From a virus, in the IMG/VR virus record IMGVR_UViG_3300027908_000020, positions 60,545-124,544 of that record: a stretch of DNA of 64,000 bases; one strand, 5' to 3'. Below are positions 9,029 to 18,706 of the stretch, one piece after another (within the stretch, counting starts at the first letter, position 1; every line of letters starts with the position of its first letter). The translations under genes and the position numbers were made by a program. The notes beneath the pieces were generated by a model. The model worked only from the letters and a program-made list of their open reading frames with translations. It made no database searches and had not been told where the DNA came from.

Positions 9029-12000
9029 TGTCTATACCAAACGGATTCATTAAACTAGGCGAAGTTTTAGAAGTAGGGCCTAATAACATTCAAGCGGCGG
9101 AATCTGTATTTTCCGATCCAGCCATAGAGAGCCGTTTCAAGAAATTCGCTAATGAACTTAGAAGAATCGCGCCAAAGGCTGATGATTTTCTTTATTTCTC
9201 AGCAGTAATGATGCATGCCGCAGAAGCTGCCTTGATAAATAATGATGGTACTTCAAAGCTAAGCACCCGTGGCGAGCCACTTAAATCCCACTGGGACAAG
9301 AAGGGTGATTCGTGGCGTTGGGTTTGTTCTGATTCCAACCTGAAGCCATACAAAAACTCTAATGGTGATATCTTCCCAGAAGAAGAGCTATTAAGAGCAT
9401 ATAAAAACTGGGTTGGAAAACCACTTTGTGTTGATCATAAATCTAACTCTGTGGATGCAATTCGTGGAGTAATATTAGATACCTATTATGATAGAGCAAT
9501 GAAGAGAGTTATCGCTCTATGTGCTTTGGATAAAGTTACATACCCTGATTTAGCTCGTAAAGTATCAACAGGTTACTCAACATGCGTAAGCATGGGAACT
9601 GCGGTTGGAAAGGCCATTTGTAGTGATTGCGGTAACGTAGCAAGAACAGAGCATGATTTCTGCTCTCATATGAAGACCCGTTCATGCTATGGTGAAATTA
9701 ATTGTGATTTACAACCAATTGAACTTTCTATCGTAGTGAACGGAGCTGACCCACAAGCTAAGATAAGAACTATAATTGCTGCCGCAAATACATTGAACAG
9801 TCATTTGCGTGCCACCGAAGAAGAAATCATAAGATTATCTGATTCAACTGATAACAACGACCAGACTTCAAAATTACGAGAATTGGAAGAAGATTTGAAA
9901 AGAGCTAACGAAAAACTCGCGGAACTTAAGGGCTTGCTCGAAACTGAAGCTGGCTCTGAGGGAGCAGACCCACCTTACGGGCAGACTTCAGGAAGACTAG
10001 CCGATCCAACAGATGAAGTAGACCAAAGTTTCGGATTAAATCTTCCTGAGCGCTTAGCATCTAATAATGATGCATTACTAAGTGAGCTCAAAGATTTAAA
10101 GTCTTCTATGGAACAGAAGCTTTACAATATGGAAAGAACTCTAAATAAATTAAATAACAAAGAGGAAATTATGTCTAAGGATGCACCAATGAACAAAGAG
10201 GCTTATTTTCAGGGCGGTGGCGGAGTAAACGAACCCACCCCAGGACAAAAGAAATACCCAATTGACCCACTAAACGAACATCTTCGTACTAAAGAAGATA
10301 AGCAAATGGTAGGTGAACCACCATTCCCAGGCGTTGGTGCAGTTGATGGTTTGCATCCAAGCCCAAGCTCCGCTGATCCAAAAGATGAGCTTGAGCGTAA
10401 AAAAATGTTGGCTCGTGCAGAAATTGAAGAGCGACGTATGCGCCGTGATGCTGCATTGCAGAAGGCCAAGGAGAATTTAATGAATATCAAAGAGTCATAT
10501 TGGCTAGGTGGCGGTGGTGTCAATGAGCCAGAACCACACAAAGTCAAATATCCAATCGATCCCCTTCAGGACAAGCTCCGTGAAAAGGAAGATAAGCAAA
10601 TGACAGGCCAGAAGCCTTTTCCAGGTGTTGGTAATGTTGATGGCTTACACCCAAGCCCACAATCGGCTGATCAAAAGGACGAACTTGCTCGCAAGAAGCT
10701 TCTACAAAGAGCATCACTAAAGGCAAGATTCGTAAGAGTTGCAAATCCAAATGGAACTGAAAACATTGGTTCAAGTGGATGGCACATTTACGCAAAAGAT
10801 GAATCCGGAGAAAAACTCGTCTTCACCGCATCCGTTGACGAAATTTCTGGCGGAAACAGCGACGCCCTCTTTGATACCATTGCAACTAAGGATTTCGGCA
10901 CCAAGATGCTCGAAAAGATTCGTACAGTCGGTCTCGACAAAGCAACAGCTGTCTACAAGAGAGGCCAAGCTGTAGCGGGCCCTGGCGCAGCTCCAAGCGG
11001 TCCACAAGACGCAGGTGGCGCAGGACCAGCACCAGCAATGCCAGACATGGGCGCAGGTGCTCCTGATATGGGTGCTCCTCCAGCGAATGACAAGCCAGAA
11101 GATGATGGCGGAAAAGGTGACCCAAAGGACGTAGCACTCAAGCTAGCCGAAAAAGTTCGTGACCTATCCTCTGACCTTCTCGAAGCCGTTAAGACTCTTA
11201 CCGGCGAACAATCTGAAATGGGTGATCTCGAAGAGGGACTAGAAGCTCTTCCAAAGGCTGCTAGCGATGCTCTTATGCCTCTCAATAACATGAGAAGAGA
11301 ACTGAACTCAGCTCTTATCTCTGGAATGAAGAAGGCTGTAGCAGAACTTCGCGAACACGCTGAAGAACTAGATTTGATTGCAAGTGTTGTTGATGGTGGT
11401 GATGCCGCAAATCAAGAATATATCGATACAGTTATCGAGGATGCATTCACCGATTCAAAGAAGGCAGTTGCCGATGGATTCTCTCTTATGAGAGCATATG
11501 TTAAGTATGTCCGTGGTACTGCTGGATTGCTCAAGCGTGCAGAAGAAGCTGAAGAAGCAGCTCTCACAGCATTTGCTGCCGAAGACGAGAATGATGCTCG
11601 CAAAGGCAAGAAGTCGAAGAAGAGCAAGGAATCTGAAGAAGAGGGCAAGAAGTCAAAGAAGAGCAAGTCCAGCGATGAAGATGATGCTTCATTTGCAGAC
11701 GATGTCAACAACCTTGACTCTGGCTACGATTCTGATAGCTTTGACCACCTTCACGCAGATGACGACGCCGATGCAGCAGATGATGAGTCTGATGCAGACG
11801 ATGAGTCTGATGCAGACGATGAGCTAAATGCTCTAGACGAGAACCTCCATGGTCACATGGATATGGGCGACGATCTTGACCAAGACCATTCATTATTCGG
11901 TGACGAAGATGGTGACGAACTTGGTGAAGGTGACGAGGGCGATCTCGACACAGATTTGGACATGGCAGATGATGACGGTATGTCACCATTTGGTATGGCC

Positions 12001-12858
12001 GCTGATGACCAAAATGATGGAACAATGGTAGAAGTTCCAGAAGGACAACCAATGCCACCAGGAACAAAGGCAGTATCAGGTCCTAAGACCGCCTCATTCG
12101 ATCTTACAACCAAGGAAGGTCGCGCAGCATATCGTGCAAAGCTTGCTCGCGATGCCACTGGTAAGGAAGATAGTAGCGAACTCCAAAGCGCAGAAAGCTT
12201 GCCACATAGTGACATGCTTGATGAAGCTAACGGACTAGCAGACGGTCAGACCGATCTTGATACCAAGCCAACAGGCGATCTCGGATATATCGAAACCCTC
12301 CCAGAACAACAAAGGGCTGATCTTGAAGTTGCTAGATCACAACCAAAAGTACGCAAGGAAGCTGAGAGACTTAACCAATACATTGCTGAAGGCAAGGTAA
12401 AGGTCGAACAACTCGACACCTTGGTATCACAAGGTCTTGATTCGGAAGTTGTTAAGTACTGGAGACAATTCTTCGGTGAAGCTGGTAAAGAAGGCTCCGA
12501 ATTCGGAAAGCTTCTGACCACTGAAACCTTTAAAGCAAAGGCTGCCGAAGAACTTACAAGCTACAAAGTTAAGCTTGGAAGAGCATATGAATTAGCCAAT
12601 GACATGGTACGTCGTGGATTACTCACCGATGACCGCAGCTCTGTCACAGCTCAGGTTGATGAAATCATGAAGTGGAATGACGAAGCCTTCGAAAGCATGA
12701 AGCGTGTAGTTGCAAAGCATGCTCCCCTCGCTTTCAAGAAAGAAGCTTCCCTACCACAAGTTGGTCTCATTGGCTCTGGTGATGCATATTCTCAGAATGC
12801 TGTAGATCTTAGCCTATCTGAAGAACTTGACAGAGCATTCTCTGGCAGGAAATACTAA
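9028..12858 (+). CDS. Prohead (maturation) protease fused to a scaffold/core polyprotein
   Basis: N-terminal herpes/HK97-type protease pattern (PLCVDHK, IRGVILD, VSMGT, ELSIVVNGADP) followed by coiled-coil, acidic and repeat regions; lies between portal and capsid genes. Confidence 0.8.
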   Translation: MSIPNGFIKLGEVLEVGPNNIQAAESVFSDPAIESRFKKFANELRRIAPKADDFLYFSAVMMHAAEAALINNDGTSKLSTRGEPLKSHWDKKGDSWRWVCSDSNLKPYKNSNGDIFPEEELLRAYKNWVGKPLCVDHKSNSVDAIRGVILDTYYDRAMKRVIALCALDKVTYPDLARKVSTGYSTCVSMGTAVGKAICSDCGNVARTEHDFCSHMKTRSCYGEINCDLQPIELSIVVNGADPQAKIRTIIAAANTLNSHLRATEEEIIRLSDSTDNNDQTSKLRELEEDLKRANEKLAELKGLLETEAGSEGADPPYGQTSGRLADPTDEVDQSFGLNLPERLASNNDALLSELKDLKSSMEQKLYNMERTLNKLNNKEEIMSKDAPMNKEAYFQGGGGVNEPTPGQKKYPIDPLNEHLRTKEDKQMVGEPPFPGVGAVDGLHPSPSSADPKDELERKKMLARAEIEERRMRRDAALQKAKENLMNIKESYWLGGGGVNEPEPHKVKYPIDPLQDKLREKEDKQMTGQKPFPGVGNVDGLHPSPQSADQKDELARKKLLQRASLKARFVRVANPNGTENIGSSGWHIYAKDESGEKLVFTASVDEISGGNSDALFDTIATKDFGTKMLEKIRTVGLDKATAVYKRGQAVAGPGAAPSGPQDAGGAGPAPAMPDMGAGAPDMGAPPANDKPEDDGGKGDPKDVALKLAEKVRDLSSDLLEAVKTLTGEQSEMGDLEEGLEALPKAASDALMPLNNMRRELNSALISGMKKAVAELREHAEELDLIASVVDGGDAANQEYIDTVIEDAFTDSKKAVADGFSLMRAYVKYVRGTAGLLKRAEEAEEAALTAFAAEDENDARKGKKSKKSKESEEEGKKSKKSKSSDEDDASFADDVNNLDSGYDSDSFDHLHADDDADAADDESDADDESDADDELNALDENLHGHMDMGDDLDQDHSLFGDEDGDELGEGDEGDLDTDLDMADDDGMSPFGMAADDQNDGTMVEVPEGQPMPPGTKAVSGPKTASFDLTTKEGRAAYRAKLARDATGKEDSSELQSAESLPHSDMLDEANGLADGQTDLDTKPTGDLGYIETLPEQQRADLEVARSQPKVRKEAERLNQYIAEGKVKVEQLDTLVSQGLDSEVVKYWRQFFGEAGKEGSEFGKLLTTETFKAKAAEELTSYKVKLGRAYELANDMVRRGLLTDDRSSVTAQVDEIMKWNDEAFESMKRVVAKHAPLAFKKEASLPQVGLIGSGDAYSQNAVDLSLSEELDRAFSGRKY
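10195..10713 (+). repeat. Two 225-nt (75-aa) imperfect repeats, 10195-10419 and 10489-10713
   Basis: KEAYFQGGGGVNEP...YPIDPL...KEDKQM..PFPGVG.VDGLHPSP.SAD.KDEL.RKK.L.RA occurs twice. Confidence 0.92.
11782..11817 (+). repeat. 18-nt tandem repeat GATGAGTCTGATGCAGAC x2 in the Asp-rich tract
   Basis: Read directly; encodes DESDAD twice. Confidence 0.85.
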
Positions 12859-12878
12859 AACAATCTAAGGATGTTAAA

Positions 12879-13700
12879 ATGACAAGAGTAGATTTATCAA
12901 ACAGTATCGCTGCCGATATGGATAAAGTTTTGAACAGCGAGGAGAGTAAGCAAATGTTCTCCTCATCTTCAGTCCTCGAAAAGCTTGCGTTTACCAGAGT
13001 TGCAGACGAAGGAAAACTCACAAGTGAAATTGAGGAAGAGCTTCTAACAAAAACAGCAGCTTCTAAATGCGAGTGCACAGATAAACATGGTCATGAAAAA
13101 CACTGTGATTGTCCAAAAGATTGCTCTTGTCACAAGACTGAGAAATCTTCTGCTCAAATCGTAAATAGCTTACTCAAAGTTTCAGAAGAACTTGAAGGCG
13201 CCGGATTCGAAAAACTTGCAGCATTAAGTATTGTTCTTGCTGAAAGACTTGTTGCTGAAGCAAAAGAAAAATCAAAATCCAAGTCTTCAAAAAAGGATGA
13301 AAAGGCTTCCAAATCCAAATCCGACAAAGCATCTAAGAAAAAGATGACTATGAAAGAACGTATGGAAAAGATGCGCAAAATGCAAAAGGGCAAGAAGAAC
13401 AAAGGCAAGTCTTCAAAGAAAAGCTCTCTTCAAGTTCAATTTGACAAGCGCGCCCAGCAAGCTCCAGCTATGCAACCAAAACCTCAAGACTTTTCCCCAA
13501 TTAGTGCCCCGAAGCGTGAAGCCGAAGTAATTATGGGTGCATTACCACCAAGGGCTAAGGGAACCCGCGTTGAAGTACAGTTGGATACAATCAAAGTTCA
13601 CCCGCCGGAAATGGTACCAACCGTTACTCAGATAGTTCAAAGACTACAAGAAGGCAACAGTCTACCGGCAAATAAGCGATATCGTGTAGTATCAGCTTAA
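12879..13700 (+). CDS. Probable internal head protein with a Cys/His cluster and a Lys/Ser-rich tract
   Basis: EKLAF, TKTAAS, CECTDKHGHEKHCDCPKDCSCH, KSKSSKK..., DKRAQQ. Confidence 0.55.
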   Translation: MTRVDLSNSIAADMDKVLNSEESKQMFSSSSVLEKLAFTRVADEGKLTSEIEEELLTKTAASKCECTDKHGHEKHCDCPKDCSCHKTEKSSAQIVNSLLKVSEELEGAGFEKLAALSIVLAERLVAEAKEKSKSKSSKKDEKASKSKSDKASKKKMTMKERMEKMRKMQKGKKNKGKSSKKSSLQVQFDKRAQQAPAMQPKPQDFSPISAPKREAEVIMGALPPRAKGTRVEVQLDTIKVHPPEMVPTVTQIVQRLQEGNSLPANKRYRVVSA

Positions 13701-13733
13701 TTAAATAGCGAGATCTACATGGTAAAAAAGTTC

Positions 13734-13790
13734 AGCACTAGAAATAGATCAAGGCATGGAAGCCATACTACTTTCTAGTGCTAGTTTTTA
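13734..13790 (+). terminator. Stem-loop (11-bp stem, 27-nt loop) followed by a T-run
   Basis: AGCACTAGAAA (13734-44) pairs with TTTCTAGTGCT (13772-82), then AGTTTTTA. Confidence 0.45.
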
Positions 13791-13827
13791 TCTATGTTAT
13801 AGATGCTCAAATTCTTAAGGATCACTA

Positions 13828-14745
13828 ATGTTCAATAAAAAAGATGCTTCATTTGAAATAGCGGAGAGTATGGAGAGAGCGCTTGTAACTAATGCTGTTG
13901 ATACCCAAACAAAAGGTTTGAGCAAGCTAGCGCAAGCAATGGAGCACCTTAATGCTGCCGCTGAAATTTTCGACAACGCTGGTCTTCGCAAACACGCAGA
14001 AGCTGCAACCCAATTGCTTGAATCATTAGCTGCTAAAAAAGGCAAAAAGGGAAAGAAAAGCAAGCCACCAGTAAAATCAAAGAAGAGCAAGAAACAGCCA
14101 GTAAAATCAAAACGTAATTCAAAAGAAAAGGATTCGGCCACCGAAGGGTTAACGAGCGACAAAATGCTTGACAACCTAGAGCACAAGGGCTGGGTATTTA
14201 ATGCTGATGATGGCGCCGAAGATGAAAGCTATGCAGAAGATGACAATTTTGTCAATCATGGTGATGATTGCATGTGCTCATCATGCATGGATTCAGATGA
14301 TATGAATTATCTTCGTCATGGCGATGATTGTATGTGTAGTATGTGTATGGATGCAGATGATTCAAGTTATCGTCCACACCATCACGGAAACGGCTGTATG
14401 TGCATGGATTGCATGGATGCAGACAACGGTGATGTAAATGATATGAAGCTTGGTATAACTGATCGTGGCCCCGGGCACGAAAGCCCAGAATACTGGCATC
14501 ACATGGCTAGAAAACATACCGAACGTAATGAGTTCAGAAAAGCAGAAGAAGCAATGAAGCGTGCCCTCGAATCAGAAAGATTTGGCAAGTATGACGCTGG
14601 TGATGATTCTGCATTTGGTGATGATTTCAATTTTGATTTTGATACATCAAAAGATTCCGGATATCATGTTCACCGTAATCCAGAAAAAGGGTATCATTTA
14701 GAAGCTGATGAAGCAGATTTATTCCCTTCACATAGACGATATTAA
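13828..14745 (+). CDS. Probable internal head protein: helical N-terminus, Lys-rich tract, three HGxxCMCxxCM repeats, acidic tail
   Basis: Read directly from the translation. Confidence 0.55.
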   Translation: MFNKKDASFEIAESMERALVTNAVDTQTKGLSKLAQAMEHLNAAAEIFDNAGLRKHAEAATQLLESLAAKKGKKGKKSKPPVKSKKSKKQPVKSKRNSKEKDSATEGLTSDKMLDNLEHKGWVFNADDGAEDESYAEDDNFVNHGDDCMCSSCMDSDDMNYLRHGDDCMCSMCMDADDSSYRPHHHGNGCMCMDCMDADNGDVNDMKLGITDRGPGHESPEYWHHMARKHTERNEFRKAEEAMKRALESERFGKYDAGDDSAFGDDFNFDFDTSKDSGYHVHRNPEKGYHLEADEADLFPSHRRY

Positions 14746-14954
14746 TTTCTTCTTCTTCTTCTTAAGAAAGCCAAATATATAGCGGCATTATATACTAGTT
14801 TGTGCATAATTAAATTCATTTGCACTTTCTCATTGCTGCTTTCCTTTGTTATATAAGTCAATGATGAACTGCATTTCTTATAGTTCATAAGCAGGAGCGC
14901 ATATGTTTTGTTTACAATTGAAGAGGCATTGGGAGAAAAACTCAATGAAATCAC

Positions 14955-15644
14955 ATCCTTAGGATCGTGCAGGCGGGCAATAGCCTTCCATTTTCGTGGG
15001 CGGTTGATCCAAGCGCTGAATTTCAGCCGGGGCAAATTGCTCAACTCACAGTTATTGGTAACCAGGTGCTAGCAACTGTTTCTAACGGAGCTGCACCAAT
15101 TGGTATAATTGACGATATTAAAACAAGAGCATTTACATCAACATCATGGGATGAAACACTCGTTGTTCCTGCCGCTGGTGTTCTAAATAATGGTCAACTT
15201 GTTACTCCAATAGATATAAAAGTAGAACTCAATAATCCAAATGTACTACCTGCAAGTTTCGTGTCTATACCAGTAGATGTGCAGCTCATCCCAAGAAATG
15301 GCGTCGTGATCTTTCCAGCTGGTACCCCGCTTAACTACGATTTACTTGGCACTGGTTCACCAAATGCTATTAAAACGAATGTAAGATATACTTATCAAAT
15401 TCCAAATATCATTGGAGATGATAGTACTCTAGGTAATAATAGAGTTACGGTTTGGTTTCAGAGAATGATTTTCCAGACAGATCAATTCGAAACAAACCAA
15501 ATTTATCCATTAAATGCTAACCTTTTCGTTAGTGAAATTGGTATGCTTACAACTCGTCAACCTGCGCCGAATTACCCGGCAGTTGCATTAGTTAGTGCGC
15601 CACCGTCGCCGATACTCGGGTTTATCGAGTGCGTGTGGTTATAG
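14955..15644 (+). CDS. Capsid decoration/stabilisation-like protein, paralog of 23058..23765; start uncertain
   Basis: DDSTLGNNRVTVW...LFVSEIGMLTT aligns by eye with PHTSLGSGKTTLW...LSFTTAGLLTP of the pre-capsid gene. Frame open from 14949 (ATC CTT AGG ATC GTG). Confidence 0.55.
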   Translation: MLRIVQAGNSLPFSWAVDPSAEFQPGQIAQLTVIGNQVLATVSNGAAPIGIIDDIKTRAFTSTSWDETLVVPAAGVLNNGQLVTPIDIKVELNNPNVLPASFVSIPVDVQLIPRNGVVIFPAGTPLNYDLLGTGSPNAIKTNVRYTYQIPNIIGDDSTLGNNRVTVWFQRMIFQTDQFETNQIYPLNANLFVSEIGMLTTRQPAPNYPAVALVSAPPSPILGFIECVWL

Positions 15645-15691
15645 GCCGAACATTTTGATTTTACTTGATATATAGCTATTCAGAGGTAGCT

Positions 15692-16522
15692 ATGCATTTT
15701 ATATACAAAATAACAGATACGATCAACAATAAAGTTTATATTGGACAAACAATTCATGTAGAGCGAAGATGGCAAGCGCATCGTTCATATGCAAAAAATC
15801 CTGAAAGAACAGGGCAATATATTCATCGTGCTATGGCAACATATGGTATTGATAACTTTAACTATGAAGTAATTGCCTGCGCAAAAATTCAATTGGATGC
15901 CGATGAAGCAGAAGCTCAAATAATTAATCAATTTAATAGTCAAAGTAAAGAATTTGGATACAATATCAAACCTGGTGGTGGTACAAAAGGTCACTCCGAA
16001 GAAACTAGACAAAAACTTCGTGAAGCTACATTAAAGCAAATAGCAACCAAAGGCCCGCCAGGACTAGGCTCAAAACGAACCGATGAACAAAAAGCTAAAT
16101 TAAGTGCTAGCCTCAAAGCTTTAGATAAAGAAAAGATATATACTCCTGAAGTTCGTAAACGAATGTCTGACGCCCACATTGGCAAGTCACAGCCAAAAGA
16201 ATTGGTTGAAAAACGCGCCGCGACAATAAGAACAAATAAAGGCGAAATGATATGTGGCGTGACTGGTTGTGGTGAGATAAAAAGACGATCTTCTACTACT
16301 ATTGATGGTATTAGATATTGTGATAAACATGCATTGCGCCTCAAAACAACTGGAACTCTAGAACTTCGTCCCAGAAAAGCCCACAATAAAAAACAATTCA
16401 CACCTGAAGAAATTAACGAGATTTTATCTGACAAACGGGCCGCTGCTGTTATTGGTAAAGATTTTGGTGTAAGCGAGCCTGTTATTTTACGAATTAGAAA
16501 AGAAGCTAAAAGGGCCATCTAA
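15692..16522 (+). CDS. GIY-YIG homing endonuclease with NUMOD3-like repeats
   Basis: FIYKITDTINNKVYIGQT; HSEETRQKL, RTDEQKAKLS; GAGG before ATG 15692. Confidence 0.9.
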   Translation: MHFIYKITDTINNKVYIGQTIHVERRWQAHRSYAKNPERTGQYIHRAMATYGIDNFNYEVIACAKIQLDADEAEAQIINQFNSQSKEFGYNIKPGGGTKGHSEETRQKLREATLKQIATKGPPGLGSKRTDEQKAKLSASLKALDKEKIYTPEVRKRMSDAHIGKSQPKELVEKRAATIRTNKGEMICGVTGCGEIKRRSSTTIDGIRYCDKHALRLKTTGTLELRPRKAHNKKQFTPEEINEILSDKRAAAVIGKDFGVSEPVILRIRKEAKRAI

Positions 16523-16570
16523 TACTATTAATTCTGTATAGTATTGTAGAAATACCATCTGGAGAGCGTA

Positions 16571-17686
16571 ATGGTTTACAATATAAAAGATATTAAGCAT
16601 TTAGAAACAATGAATGATCTTGAGGACACGCAAACTCAAGAAATTGATGTTAAAAGTTTATTAAACTTGAATGCATCAGGGGACTCAAGTCTCGACGGAA
16701 ATATTTTAACATTGTGCAGCGGTTTAAGAACAAAAGGTTTTGATAAGCTTGCTCGTAGTCTAGAAGATAAGTTTGTTGCGTTCAAACAAGCTGAGGTTCA
16801 CCTTTATAAAGTTCACGAGGAAGATGGCGAGGATTTAATCGAACGTGCTCATCCAGAAGGCGACACCAACATGGCCGATGGTGAGCTTGGCGATGTTGAA
16901 ACCATTGTAAGCAGACATAACAAAATTGTTGATGTTGTTCGAAAAAAGCCCACAGGAAAATTGGCCTCATACTTAGAACAATGTAAAGTAGCTCTTGGTC
17001 AAGACTTAACAAATGTTCAAGCTAAATTAAAAGACAGCATTCTAAAATCATTAGGTTCAGTTAAAAGAAAGCTCAAATCTATAGATGATGTTGTAACTAA
17101 GCAGGGCGATCTGTGGTTTGTTGGTACCGGAAAAACATATCAGCCAATGATCTCTTCTTGCTTTTCATTAATTGATAGTCTTACTTCTGGTGGAGCTGAT
17201 ACTCCTAATCTAAATATTCCCGACATCGAAAAATTAATGCAAATGGTTGCAGGACTAACTCCGGTACTTAAAGGATACTCTGGAGTTACGCCATTTGGTG
17301 GGTTAGATGAAAAAATTCAGAAACTTGTAATGCCAATGATTGATCAGGTTAAAGATATTTTGCCAAGTATAAAAAATGCTATAGAGACATATGTTGGAAG
17401 AACAATGAAACAAACAGATGCTTTAAAGCCTTTGGATTCTGTTGACGTTCCGGATTTACCGGTGGAACAACAGAATGAAGTAAAACCAAATCAAGCTGCC
17501 CAATTGCTTGCATTGATAAAACAAATTCAAAATGCTGTAGCTTCTTCTAAAAAATTAACTGATGCACAAAAACAACAGTATAATAAATGGATACAAGATA
17601 CAACTCAAGAAGTAAATGCCGGGCAAGATTTAGAAGCTCGTAGCAAAGAAATTTCATCTGTATTAAGCTCATTACCTAAAGGATAA
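16571..17686 (+). CDS. Probable internal virion protein (paralog of 21243..21971)
   Basis: GGAG RBS; shared E.AHP...G.VE...R.N...TGK motif; FKQAE. Confidence 0.5.
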   Translation: MVYNIKDIKHLETMNDLEDTQTQEIDVKSLLNLNASGDSSLDGNILTLCSGLRTKGFDKLARSLEDKFVAFKQAEVHLYKVHEEDGEDLIERAHPEGDTNMADGELGDVETIVSRHNKIVDVVRKKPTGKLASYLEQCKVALGQDLTNVQAKLKDSILKSLGSVKRKLKSIDDVVTKQGDLWFVGTGKTYQPMISSCFSLIDSLTSGGADTPNLNIPDIEKLMQMVAGLTPVLKGYSGVTPFGGLDEKIQKLVMPMIDQVKDILPSIKNAIETYVGRTMKQTDALKPLDSVDVPDLPVEQQNEVKPNQAAQLLALIKQIQNAVASSKKLTDAQKQQYNKWIQDTTQEVNAGQDLEARSKEISSVLSSLPKG

Positions 17687-17688
17687 TT

Positions 17689-18705
17689 ATGTCCGATCCT
17701 TCGAAATATAATTTACCAGGCTTACCATCTACAGCCCCAGTAAATTCTCCTGCTGCCTATCATAGGGATATTACACCTTCTCAAGCTCCGTCAACTGGAG
17801 TTTCTGTCGTCCCAAGCGCGTCAAGTGATGTAGCCTCCGGCTCTGCTGTTGTAAAAATGCAGAGCAGCCTAATTGAACTTTATGATACATTATCAAGCTC
17901 TATCGTAAAAGAATGGTTTGGTGATGACAAGCAAGAACCCGATGAGTATAGTCAACAATTTAGACAGGGCCCATCCTCATTTCTAAAACTTTTGCTTAAT
18001 CGATACATCGACAAAGCTAAAATTAATGCAAAGCAATTCGATCTAAATATGGATGATGCAAAATATTATGCTGATCCCGGACAACAAAAACCGCATTCTA
18101 GTTTTATAGAATATTTGGACATGCTTAAAACTGTTGGTCGTCATTCAACAAAAGAACAAGTGCAAAGACCTGATGGTCAGTGGGGAGCCTACACCGACAA
18201 TGCAATCAAGGCAGCTTGGTCGATTGGCTTCTCAATGGTTTCAATTACAAAAAGGCTGGGAGAAAAACTTTCTCTAACTAACAATGATCTGGAGAAGCTT
18301 TCAAAGTTAATTCATTCTAGAAAAACACCACAAGTTGCACAGCAAATTGCCAGTCTCGTAGAAAAAATTAAAGATGCCTCTGGTGAATTCGTACGTCTAA
18401 TGCTCAATGCTAACAGTAAATACGGAGAATATACTACAAAAGATAAGAAGTTTGATGTGTTCGGCCCGAAGGGATTAAGCGCAGAACAACAAAAACAAGC
18501 CGATCAGCTGATGGCAAGTAATACTCTCATCCCAGGTCTAAATAAAACTTTTAGCGGCCTATCATTCAAAGATATTCAAAGCCCTGAAAGTTTCGCAGCC
18601 TGGATCAAAGCAACAAAAGACGGACGAATGGATGTTCCAGCCTATCTTGTAGAACTAAAAAAACAATTAACTCAAGCTGTACAAAGCGCAGGGAAGCAGA
18701 TTTAA
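17689..18705 (+). CDS. Probable virion protein with a peptidoglycan-binding-like motif
   Basis: PDGQWGAYTDNAIKA resembles the DG.wG..T..A PG-binding signature. Confidence 0.45.
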   Translation: MSDPSKYNLPGLPSTAPVNSPAAYHRDITPSQAPSTGVSVVPSASSDVASGSAVVKMQSSLIELYDTLSSSIVKEWFGDDKQEPDEYSQQFRQGPSSFLKLLLNRYIDKAKINAKQFDLNMDDAKYYADPGQQKPHSSFIEYLDMLKTVGRHSTKEQVQRPDGQWGAYTDNAIKAAWSIGFSMVSITKRLGEKLSLTNNDLEKLSKLIHSRKTPQVAQQIASLVEKIKDASGEFVRLMLNANSKYGEYTTKDKKFDVFGPKGLSAEQQKQADQLMASNTLIPGLNKTFSGLSFKDIQSPESFAAWIKATKDGRMDVPAYLVELKKQLTQAVQSAGKQI

Positions 18706-18706
18706 T

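Noticed and set aside
14742-15044. 100-aa minus-strand ORF ending in RRRRRN
   Set aside because: It is antisense to a conserved-looking gene start, has no RBS or motif, and the Arg run comes from a (TTC)5 tract; it is kept only as a possible relic.
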